Shown here one piece after another: positions 24,662 through 32,446 of a DNA stretch of 33,517 nucleotides. The stretch comes from Candidatus Falkowbacteria bacterium RIFCSPLOWO2_02_FULL_45_15. Its GTDB lineage: Bacteria > Patescibacteriota > Patescibacteriia > Patescibacteriales > XYC2-FULL-47-12. Position numbers and translations under genes: made by a program. The stretch spans positions 26,419 through 59,935 of the forward strand of contig MFFV01000027.1 in the NCBI GenBank assembly GCA_001777995.1, read 5' to 3'. The notes below the pieces were generated by a model, which was given only the letters and a program-made list of their open reading frames with translations, did no database searches and was not told where the DNA came from. Positions within the stretch are counted from its first letter, which is position 1; each line of letters opens with the position of its first letter.

Positions 24662-25489
24662 CTACTTAACGCGTCCCCCGAATTTCCAGGAATTGCCGTT
24701 ACGACTAATAATGTAAACGCTGTCTTGATCTACGCGCCGGTTATTTTTAAGCCAACTCTCAATAGTTTCGCGGCTTAAATAAGTTGTCTGCGGCGTTATG
24801 AGTTGGTCAAAGGCAACATGGCGAAAAAAAGAAAATTCGCGCTTGGCTATCCAAAGGCAGTATTGATAAAGCGGCAACCTGCGCAGCCAAGTTAAGCGCG
24901 GCAGATAAAATAACAGCTTAGCGTATAAAAAAAATGGCACCGCCAGTGGTGTAGCTATTCCGTATTTTATCATCCACCAAGGCAGGCAACGGGACACTAT
25001 TTTGCGCAATGGGTCAACTAAACATATAATCACGCCGTTGCCTTCGCGCGCGTAAACCCAAATATGGAATTGGCCGCCCGGCTTAACATTACGAATAACG
25101 GCGGCAAATCCCGCCCGCGGCTCTTGCAAATGATGCAGCACGCCAATACAGTATACCACGTCAAAGCCATCACTTTGCCATTCAACCAAATCGGCTTTGA
25201 TGATTTGCCAATGCTTGAACGGCAAAGCCGCCAGATTTTTTTTGGCCGCCGCCACTGAATCGCCCAAGTCAACGCCGACCAACAGTGACGGCTGCCAATT
25301 AGCCATGTGCGTAAGCAAGCTGCCGTTGCCGCAGCCTAACTCTAACACTTTTTTTCCTTGAGCGTCATCTTTAGTTAAAGGCGTGAGCCAGTCAATAAAT
25401 TGCTCATGAGTATAAATTGATCCCGCCGGCAGATTATTCCATGATTGGGCAAAAGCGGCGGCGGTTGATTGGTCAGTGGTGAAGGTCAT
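24662..25489 (-). CDS. Class I SAM-dependent methyltransferase with hydrophobic C-terminal extension
   Basis: 275-aa ORF with SAM motif VLELGCGNGSL, GVDLG, FDVVYCIGVLHHL and VKPGGQFHIWVY, then a hydrophobic stretch GIATPLAVPFFLYAKLLFYL. Confidence 0.8.
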   Translation of the reverse strand: MTFTTDQSTAAAFAQSWNNLPAGSIYTHEQFIDWLTPLTKDDAQGKKVLELGCGNGSLLTHMANWQPSLLVGVDLGDSVAAAKKNLAALPFKHWQIIKADLVEWQSDGFDVVYCIGVLHHLQEPRAGFAAVIRNVKPGGQFHIWVYAREGNGVIICLVDPLRKIVSRCLPWWMIKYGIATPLAVPFFLYAKLLFYLPRLTWLRRLPLYQYCLWIAKREFSFFRHVAFDQLITPQTTYLSRETIESWLKNNRRVDQDSVYIISRNGNSWKFGGRVK

Positions 25490-25492
25490 AAG

Positions 25493-26071
25493 TTACTTAA
25501 CGCAAATAAAATTAAATTCTACTTCATCAAAGCCTCCCACCCAATAGCACCAAATTCGGCTGCAAAATCCTTGATTCAAGTTAGCTAGAAAAGAAATTAT
25601 TGCATTAATCATCCGCAGAATAAAAATGCTGATTTTCCCGTAGCCCAAATATGGTAAGAGGTGAAAAAAGGCGAGCCAGTGCAAACGCATTTTGGCTAAT
25701 TTAAACTCCACGCCGTAAAAGCCGGAGCGAGTGAATTGCCGATTAAAATAAAGCGGAAAAGTAACGTCAAAACCGTGCGCGTGCTCGGCGTGCGTAAAGC
25801 CGCGGCTGAAATGCGGCACTTTAATTAACAATTTGCCGCCGGGCTTTAAAATACGATGCAATTCCTTCATTACGGCGAATGGCTTGTCTAAATGTTCTAA
25901 AATGTGCGAGGCCTCAATCAAATCAAAGGTATTATCCGCGAACGGGTAAGGAAATTTGTTTAAATCATGTCTGACGTCCGGCTCTGTCAGCGACTGCCAA
26001 TCTAAATTAACATAGCCGGCTTTTTTTTCTTCGCCGCAGCCTAAGTTTAATTTGGTTAAATTATTATCCAT
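25493..26071 (-). CDS. Class I SAM-dependent methyltransferase (Methyltransf_11-like) with hydrophobic C-terminal segment
   Basis: 192-aa ORF with LNLGCGEEKKAGYVNLD, FDLIEASHILEHL and LKPGGKLLIKVPH, then LAFFHLLPYLGYGKISIFILRMINAIISFL. 3-bp gap to the downstream gene. Confidence 0.8.
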   Translation of the reverse strand: MDNNLTKLNLGCGEEKKAGYVNLDWQSLTEPDVRHDLNKFPYPFADNTFDLIEASHILEHLDKPFAVMKELHRILKPGGKLLIKVPHFSRGFTHAEHAHGFDVTFPLYFNRQFTRSGFYGVEFKLAKMRLHWLAFFHLLPYLGYGKISIFILRMINAIISFLANLNQGFCSRIWCYWVGGFDEVEFNFICVK

Positions 26072-26078
26072 ATTATTT

Positions 26079-27965
26079 TTATTTTAACCACCTTTTCTGC
26101 CACAACTGAAAACAAAGTAATGTCCAAAGCGGCTTTCTATTATCCGCCCGGCGCTCAATATGGTCTTTGACTAATTTAGAAACAAAAACGGAATTAAACA
26201 AACCTTGTCGCCGTAGATAACCTTCCGATAATAATTCATCCAGCAGCGGCCGCAAATCTGCCGTTAGCCATTGCGCCAGCGGAATGCCAAAACCTTTTTT
26301 TGGACGGCGCACAATTTGGGGCGGCAATTTATCTTGCATTAATTTCTTTAAAATAAACTTGGTCGTCAGCCCCCTGATTTTCAAATTAAGCGGCAGGCTA
26401 TTAACAAGATCAACAACTTGAAAATCCAAAAAAGGCGCCCGCACCTCCAGCGCGTTGCCCATGCTCGCGCGGTCAACTTTTACCAGTATATCATCCATTA
26501 GATATGTTCTCAAATAAGCATAAATCAACTTATTCCAGTCGGGCTGCTGCCTGACGTTTGCCTCATAAGCATCCAGCTCTTCGTATTCGTTAACTGCTTG
26601 CAGTTCGCGCCAAACTTCGGGGGCGAAAAGCTGCGCGCGTTGCTCGCGGCTAAAAGAGCCAAGCCAACTTGCGTGGCGCCGCAGGATGTTTTTTTCTCCG
26701 TCACCGGCAATAAATTTTTTTAGTTTAAAATCAAAACTGATATTTTTAAAAGAAACAGGCCAATTGAGCGCAATTGCTTCAATTATTTTCTGCCTGATAA
26801 ATATGGGAATTTTTTCGTAAATTGCCGCGAATTTTTCAGCCGGAAAAGTATCATAGCCGCAAAATAATTCGTCGCCGCCGTCCCCGCCCAAAGCTACCGT
26901 TACTCTTTCTTTGGTAAATTCAGACAATAAATAGGTCGGCAGTATTGAAGCGTCCCCGAGCGGCTCATCCAATAAATCAGCGATGCGCGGGATTAAATCC
27001 AAAGAATCTTTAGCGCTTAATATTTTTTCATAATGCTCGGTGCCTAAATGTTTGGCGGCTAAGCGGGCGTATTTTGATTCGTCAAAGCTGTCTTCTTTAA
27101 AGCCGATAGAAAAAGTTTTTATTGGCTTGACGCTGTTTTGTTGCGCGTAGTAAGCAATGGCTGAACTGTCAATGCCGCCGCTTAAAAAAATTCCTAACGG
27201 CACGTCGCTCACTAATCTTGTTCTAACTGCTTCATTTAGCCGCTTATCTAATTCATTAATGACTTCTTCAATTCGTAATTCGTAATTCGTAATTCGTAAT
27301 TCAAAAATTATGTCCCAAAATTTTGTTTTAACAACTTTTCGACCGTCATAAGATAAATAATGCCCCGGCTCTAATTTATAAATGCCTTTGAAAATTGAGT
27401 GCGGCGTCGGCACATACTCATAAAGCAAGTATTTATTTAATGATTCTAAGTTAATCTCCCGCCGGCAATCAGGATGTTGCAGTAATGCCTTTAACTCCGA
27501 GCCAAAAATTAAAGTAGTGCCAAAAATTCCCCAATACAGCGGCTTTTTGCCTAAGCGGTCGCGCGCTAAAATAAGCTTATCTTGGCGCGCATCATATAAA
27601 GCGATAGCGAACATGCCGTTTAATTTTTTGAATGCCTCAACGCCAATGGCAGCGTATAAATTAATAATGACTTCGGTGTCGGAATTACCCCTGAATTTAT
27701 ATCCTTGGTTAACAAGTTCCAGTCTTAATTCCTGAAAATTATAAATTTCGCCGTTAAAAACCAGCCAGATGTCTTGGCTGTCGTTAGTCATGGGCTGATG
27801 CCCGGCGGGAGATAAATCAATAATAGCGAGCCGCCGGTGCCCCAAACCGATTGGGCCGTCTAAATAAAAACCTTCGTCATCGGGTCCGCGATGGCGAAGC
27901 GCGTTTGTCATCTTTGCTAAAATTTCCTGATTGCCACTACCAAAATAACCGGCGATGCCGCACAT
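26079..27965 (-). CDS. asnB: Asparagine synthase (glutamine-hydrolysing) family amidotransferase; in this context probably a glycan or precursor amidotransferase
   Basis: 628-aa ORF. Ntn nucleophile MCGIAGYFG, glutaminase-domain motifs HRGPDD, HRRLAIIDL, VFNGEIYN and DTEV, and synthetase-domain PP-loop GIFLSGGIDSS. It contains the 7-bp tandem repeat at the domain junction. Confidence 0.9.
   Translation of the reverse strand: MCGIAGYFGSGNQEILAKMTNALRHRGPDDEGFYLDGPIGLGHRRLAIIDLSPAGHQPMTNDSQDIWLVFNGEIYNFQELRLELVNQGYKFRGNSDTEVIINLYAAIGVEAFKKLNGMFAIALYDARQDKLILARDRLGKKPLYWGIFGTTLIFGSELKALLQHPDCRREINLESLNKYLLYEYVPTPHSIFKGIYKLEPGHYLSYDGRKVVKTKFWDIIFELRITNYELRIEEVINELDKRLNEAVRTRLVSDVPLGIFLSGGIDSSAIAYYAQQNSVKPIKTFSIGFKEDSFDESKYARLAAKHLGTEHYEKILSAKDSLDLIPRIADLLDEPLGDASILPTYLLSEFTKERVTVALGGDGGDELFCGYDTFPAEKFAAIYEKIPIFIRQKIIEAIALNWPVSFKNISFDFKLKKFIAGDGEKNILRRHASWLGSFSREQRAQLFAPEVWRELQAVNEYEELDAYEANVRQQPDWNKLIYAYLRTYLMDDILVKVDRASMGNALEVRAPFLDFQVVDLVNSLPLNLKIRGLTTKFILKKLMQDKLPPQIVRRPKKGFGIPLAQWLTADLRPLLDELLSEGYLRRQGLFNSVFVSKLVKDHIERRADNRKPLWTLLCFQLWQKRWLK
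27270..27302. repeat. Heptanucleotide tandem repeat, (AATTCGT)x4.7 on the plus strand, inside the asnB-family CDS
   Basis: Read directly: aattcgt aattcgt aattcgt aattcgt aattc. On the coding strand it encodes ELRITNYELRI (three units = 21 nt = 7 aa), at about residues 222-233 between the glutaminase and synthetase domains. Confidence 0.95.
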
Positions 27966-27974
27966 ATTAATCTC

Positions 27975-29660
27975 TTAATTAACTTTATATATTTCCACAA
28001 ACGGCCCTGTTTTTTCAACCTGCCGCAAGTCAGCGTAAGGATGAAGCATGTTGTTGGCGATGTCGGCTGCGTCTGCCGGCGCCGGTAAAGGATAGTATGC
28101 CTGCAGTAAATTCATGTTCAGCACGGCTGCGTTGCGCCTAAAAACTGCGCGCTCCTCATTATTCCAAAAAGAAATAACGGCGTACTGAAAATCCGGCAAA
28201 ATATCTTTAAAACTATCGATGCCGCCGAACCCTTGCGCCGTGACAACAAAATAGCGCGGCTGGGGCAAATCTATCTGGTCAGCGGCAATGATAAACCGCC
28301 GCTCGACCGTGTCTTTTTTAGGGCTCAAACCCTTAAGATAGAGCGCTGCCGCTTTATTTTCCGGCAAATCAAGATAAGGGTTGCCTGATAGTATCACCGT
28401 ATCAGCGGGAACATTATTAAAAATCCATTGCCGCGCCAAGAGCAAAGTATTCGGCTTAAGTATATTTTTTGTCCATACTAGCGGCAGATACATTATTATC
28501 ACTATCACCACTAAATACCATAATAAACGTTGCCATGATTTTGCCAATCTATCCGCCAGCCAAACTAGGAAATAACTCACTGGCAAAATCAAAAAAGGAA
28601 TGGTCGCAATGATAAAGCGCGGCTCCGAATGGATTGAATAGGAAATAGAAATCACCCACGCCAAAATGAAAGCGATAAAACCAAGGCAAAGCGCTGGGTA
28701 TTTTTTATAAAATAAAATTAAAGCTGGCATGGCTGCTACCGCTAACAAGGCGTCATAATTAAATAATACTTTGCCGTAAAAAGCGATGTTGCTCCATAGG
28801 GTCCAGTCGCGGTTTACGCTTTCAATGCCGGGTTGCTGGAGATAAATAAGAAATCCGGTGGGGTTAAGATAATACCAAAACCCAAGCCAAACTACCAGAT
28901 AAAATTGTAAATAAATAAACTGGCGATACCTACTCCACCACCCCCTACCAAAGCTTATAAAATCCCTCAAATTATATTTATAAAAATATAAAATTAAAAA
29001 AACTAAGTAAATTAAAGCGCTCGCTAAATGTACCCCCAGCGCCAGAGCGGTGACTAGGCTGATAAAAAAATAGTCCTTCGCTTGGGGTTTATCTTTGGTG
29101 AAAAAAACATAATAAACATAGACGGCTGTCAATAACAACAAAATCTGCAAAGCCCAGGCGCGGGCAAAATGCGTTACCTGAAAAAACATTAAATTAAAAG
29201 AGAGTAAAAAACTCGCCAGTATGGCTACTTTTTTATTTACAAAAATGCGGTTCGCTAATTTGTACATTAGGTAACCGGCCGCCGTGGCGAATAAAGCGGT
29301 AATAAGCCGCGCGAACGGCAAAAAGTAGCCGTAATCCAAAATCACAAATTTTTTTAATTCCGTAAAATCAGCGAATAACCCGGAAAACTTCAAAAACAAA
29401 ACCAGCGCGGCGTAAAACGGCAACTGCGCGTAAGCGGTTACCGGCAGATGATAAAACGATTGGTAATTGGGACGCAAACTTTGGTCGTTCATCATTTTAA
29501 AAATCGCACCCATGGTCGTTACTTCGTCGCCAACGGTATTTTTAAGGGGGAAGCTATAAAATAGACCAGGAAGATGCAACAAAAATGCAATTGCCAATAT
29601 AGCAATCAAAGCCGTATGATAATTTATGTATTTAGCAACGTATTGACGAATAGCAAACAT
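27975..29660 (-). CDS. GT-C fold glycosyltransferase, PMT_2 / ArnT-like
   Basis: First loop NTVGDEVTTMGAIFKM...YHLPV, then ARLITALFATAAGYLMYKLANRIF..KKVAILASFLLSFNLMFFQVTHFARAW, follows the ArnT/PMT_2 pattern. More than 10 hydrophobic helices and a polar C-terminal domain ending FVEIYKV. I chose the ATG at 29660 (MFAIRQY), 4 nt after the upstream stop. The ORF-track start at 29717 would overlap the GT2 gene by 53 nt. Confidence 0.75.
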   Translation of the reverse strand: MFAIRQYVAKYINYHTALIAILAIAFLLHLPGLFYSFPLKNTVGDEVTTMGAIFKMMNDQSLRPNYQSFYHLPVTAYAQLPFYAALVLFLKFSGLFADFTELKKFVILDYGYFLPFARLITALFATAAGYLMYKLANRIFVNKKVAILASFLLSFNLMFFQVTHFARAWALQILLLLTAVYVYYVFFTKDKPQAKDYFFISLVTALALGVHLASALIYLVFLILYFYKYNLRDFISFGRGWWSRYRQFIYLQFYLVVWLGFWYYLNPTGFLIYLQQPGIESVNRDWTLWSNIAFYGKVLFNYDALLAVAAMPALILFYKKYPALCLGFIAFILAWVISISYSIHSEPRFIIATIPFLILPVSYFLVWLADRLAKSWQRLLWYLVVIVIIMYLPLVWTKNILKPNTLLLARQWIFNNVPADTVILSGNPYLDLPENKAAALYLKGLSPKKDTVERRFIIAADQIDLPQPRYFVVTAQGFGGIDSFKDILPDFQYAVISFWNNEERAVFRRNAAVLNMNLLQAYYPLPAPADAADIANNMLHPYADLRQVEKTGPFVEIYKVN

Positions 29661-29664
29661 TATT

Positions 29665-30660
29665 CTAAAAATTAATTTTAGCTTTAATTTGATATGGCTT
29701 TTTATCCTGCGCTTCATAGTACACGCGCATAATCATTTCGGCGATAATACCTAAAACAACTAACTGAATGCCAATAATGAGCAAAAGCGCGGAAAATGTC
29801 GGCAGAGGCGTCGCTACCAAATCGCGGATATGAAAGAGTTTAAGCGCGACTGAAGCGATGCCGGCAACTAGACCGAGAAAAAAAGAGATGAAGCCAATAC
29901 CGCCAAAAAAATGCATCGGGCGATTAATATACTTTGATAAAAAAATAATCACGACTAAATCTAACAGCACTTTAAAGGTGCGCGATATCCCGTAGTGTGT
30001 TTGTCCGCTGCCGCGCGGGCGATGGTTAACCACAATTTCTTCTACTCTGCCGCCGTGCCAAGCCGCGTACGCCGCGATAAAACGATGCATTTCGCCATAT
30101 AAGCTAACTCCCTGGATTACGCCCCGGCGATACGCTTTCATAGTACAACCGTAATCGTGGATTTTAACGCCAGTAATAAGACCGATTAACCAGTTAGCGA
30201 TTTTAGAAGGAATGACGCGGGAAAATAATTTATCCCGGCGATGCTTGCGCCAACCGGAAACTACGCTCGCTCCCGCCGCAATTTTTTCTAAAAAATGAGA
30301 GATGTCGCGCGAGTCATTTTGTCCATCGGCATCCATGGGTATAATGACCGCACCCTGGGCGGCGCTGATTCCCGCCGACAGTGCCGCGGTTTGGCCAAAA
30401 TTATGCTTAAAAACAATCACTTTGAACGACGGGTCAAACGATGATAATTTCTTTAAAATTTCAAGGCTGCTGTCTTGAGAACCGTCTTCAACACAAATTA
30501 TTTCGTAGCTTTTTCCTAACGCATTTAAAACATCTTTAGTCTCTTGGTATAATAAGTTAATATTTTCAGCTTCATTATGTATCGGCAAGATAATGGAAAT
30601 ATCTATCGCGCTGTCGGTTTGTTCATCTGCAAGATAATTTTTGGATGATAATTTATCCAT
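29665..30660 (-). CDS. Membrane-anchored GT2, GtrB/ArnC/DPM1-type polyprenyl-phosphate sugar synthase
   Basis: 331-aa ORF with ISIILPIHNEAENI, VEDGSQDSS and MDADGQNDSRDI. Two C-terminal transmembrane helices end in the family-typical GIIAEMIMRVYYE. Its ATG lies inside the upstream YdjC stop region (ATGGATAA, 8-nt overlap). Confidence 0.85.
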   Translation of the reverse strand: MDKLSSKNYLADEQTDSAIDISIILPIHNEAENINLLYQETKDVLNALGKSYEIICVEDGSQDSSLEILKKLSSFDPSFKVIVFKHNFGQTAALSAGISAAQGAVIIPMDADGQNDSRDISHFLEKIAAGASVVSGWRKHRRDKLFSRVIPSKIANWLIGLITGVKIHDYGCTMKAYRRGVIQGVSLYGEMHRFIAAYAAWHGGRVEEIVVNHRPRGSGQTHYGISRTFKVLLDLVVIIFLSKYINRPMHFFGGIGFISFFLGLVAGIASVALKLFHIRDLVATPLPTFSALLLIIGIQLVVLGIIAEMIMRVYYEAQDKKPYQIKAKINF

Positions 30661-31423
30661 GGTGGTGATTTTTTAATAGCTCAAACTCTTGCTGCCAATG
30701 ATAATTGCCCCAATGTTGGTATTTTTTTCTTAATGCTTCGTCCTCAATGCCCGGATGGCATCCCAGTTCAACCGTTGCGTTAGGATATTGGTTAGCGATA
30801 TGATTGGCATATTCTAGGTAGCTTTTATCTAAATTGCCAGCGTTCACAACGCCTACGAAAAAATCGTTAATTTGCAGGCCGGCTGTTTTTATTTTAATTT
30901 TAGCCGACCTTGACAGCCAGCGCAGAAACAATAGTTGAAACTTTCTAAATAACTTACCGCCCCCAAAATTAATCGGTTCGTTCACGGTTCGAATATAGGC
31001 GATGTTATATTCTTGGGCAAGCTTAATGACAATATTTGTAATACTTGGCAGTAAATGTAAATGTTGATGGCTATTAATAAATTGGGGCTTAATTCCACTA
31101 GCAATAATTTTATCTAACTGGACCCTTGCTTCTTGTTCTATCTCCATCAACTTGATTAATCCTAATATATACTTAATAACAAATAATTTATAATTGCCGG
31201 GCAACTTTACGCCGCTTAGAGATTTTTCTTCCACCCAAACTAAATGCGCTCCGATATTTAAATTGCTGACTGCTCCGGATTTTATTTTGGAAACCGCGTC
31301 GTCAAAAGCAGCGCCGTTAGCCATTAAAGCTGCTCCGTTAATTTTACCTGCTGTTAATAAATAGATAATCCCGTCGTTAACGCAAGTAGCAAGACCAAAG
31401 TCATCAGCAATTATTTTTAACAT
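30653..31423 (-). CDS. YdjC-family carbohydrate de-N-acetylase-like protein (ChbG/HpnK family)
   Basis: The N-terminus MLKIIADDFGLATCVNDGIIYLLTAGKINGAALMANG matches the YdjC family signature (ADDFG...N.gI......G.....s.M.n); later HLVW and INSHQHLHLLP (His cluster). I chose the ATG at 31423, the typical family start. The ORF-track start at 31486 overlaps the upstream GT2 gene by 50 nt. Confidence 0.8.
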   Translation of the reverse strand: MLKIIADDFGLATCVNDGIIYLLTAGKINGAALMANGAAFDDAVSKIKSGAVSNLNIGAHLVWVEEKSLSGVKLPGNYKLFVIKYILGLIKLMEIEQEARVQLDKIIASGIKPQFINSHQHLHLLPSITNIVIKLAQEYNIAYIRTVNEPINFGGGKLFRKFQLLFLRWLSRSAKIKIKTAGLQINDFFVGVVNAGNLDKSYLEYANHIANQYPNATVELGCHPGIEDEALRKKYQHWGNYHWQQEFELLKNHHHG

Positions 31424-31436
31424 ACCATTGACGATT

Positions 31437-32423
31437 TTAAAAGTTGTGTATGCCGTAGAGGCTGCGCTCTGCCTGCCCTCGTTCAATATTCATAGTCTCG
31501 GATATTATATATAAAGGGCGGCCTTTGATTTCATAAAACATTTTATAGAGATATTCTCCGATTACGCCCAGAACTATTAATTGAATGCTGCCTAAAAATA
31601 AAACTAATACCACCAGTGTCGCCCAGCCGGCAATGAGCGGGTTGGGGCGAGTATAATGGTCCCAAATTACATAAGCTGCAAAAAAGATGCTGGCCACTAA
31701 AACCAACAACCCCGCCCAAAAAGCGAGCCGCAACGGGGCGGCAGAAAAAGAGGTTACCCCGCTCAAAACTAAGCTGGTTAACCTTTTGAAAGTATATTTT
31801 GCTTCGCCGGCTTGCCTGGCTTGCACCGCGTAGGGAATATAATATTTCTTAAAACCGACCCATTGCACTATCCCCCTTAAAAATCTTTCTTTTTCCGGCA
31901 ATTGCTTTAAAACGGCGACCACCTGCCGGTTATATAAAGCAAAGTCGGAAGAATTTTTAAATTGCAGGCCGGACATGGCGCTTAACGCCCGATAGATTGT
32001 CTTACCGATTATCTCCCGCAACCAAGAATTCTGCTGGTTTGACGTCCGCTCGCCGATCACGATGTCGAAGCCGGCTTGGGCGTGTTTAATAAATTCAGGA
32101 ATTAAGGACGGCGGGTGCTGCAAATCTCCATCCATGGTGACGACCACCTCTCCTTGGGCAAAATCAATCCCGGCGTTAAAAGCCGCCTGATGGCCAAAGT
32201 TTCTGGAAAACTTTAAAACTTTAAAGCGGCTGTCTCTGGCGGCCGCTTCTTTTAATAATAACGGCGTCCGGTCGTTAGAGCCATCGTCAACCAAAATAAT
32301 TTCGTAGCTTTGCCCTAAGGAGTCGCAAACCGCGCCCAACTCCGGCAATAATTTAGGCACGACTTCTTCTTCGTTGAAAAGAGGAATAACTATTGATAAA
32401 TATGGATTGCTTATTTCGTTCAT
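31437..32423 (-). CDS. Membrane-anchored GT2, ArnC/GtrB-type polyprenyl-phosphate (amino)sugar transferase
   Basis: 328-aa ORF with LSIVIPLFNEEEVV, LVDDGSNDRT, NFGHQAAFNAG and MDGDLQHPPSLIP. Two C-terminal TM helices carry GVIGEYLYKMFYEIKGRPLYII, a very typical ArnC/GtrB ending. Confidence 0.9.
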   Translation of the reverse strand: MNEISNPYLSIVIPLFNEEEVVPKLLPELGAVCDSLGQSYEIILVDDGSNDRTPLLLKEAAARDSRFKVLKFSRNFGHQAAFNAGIDFAQGEVVVTMDGDLQHPPSLIPEFIKHAQAGFDIVIGERTSNQQNSWLREIIGKTIYRALSAMSGLQFKNSSDFALYNRQVVAVLKQLPEKERFLRGIVQWVGFKKYYIPYAVQARQAGEAKYTFKRLTSLVLSGVTSFSAAPLRLAFWAGLLVLVASIFFAAYVIWDHYTRPNPLIAGWATLVVLVLFLGSIQLIVLGVIGEYLYKMFYEIKGRPLYIISETMNIERGQAERSLYGIHNF

Positions 32424-32446
32424 TTGGTAATTGTTATAAATAAAAC

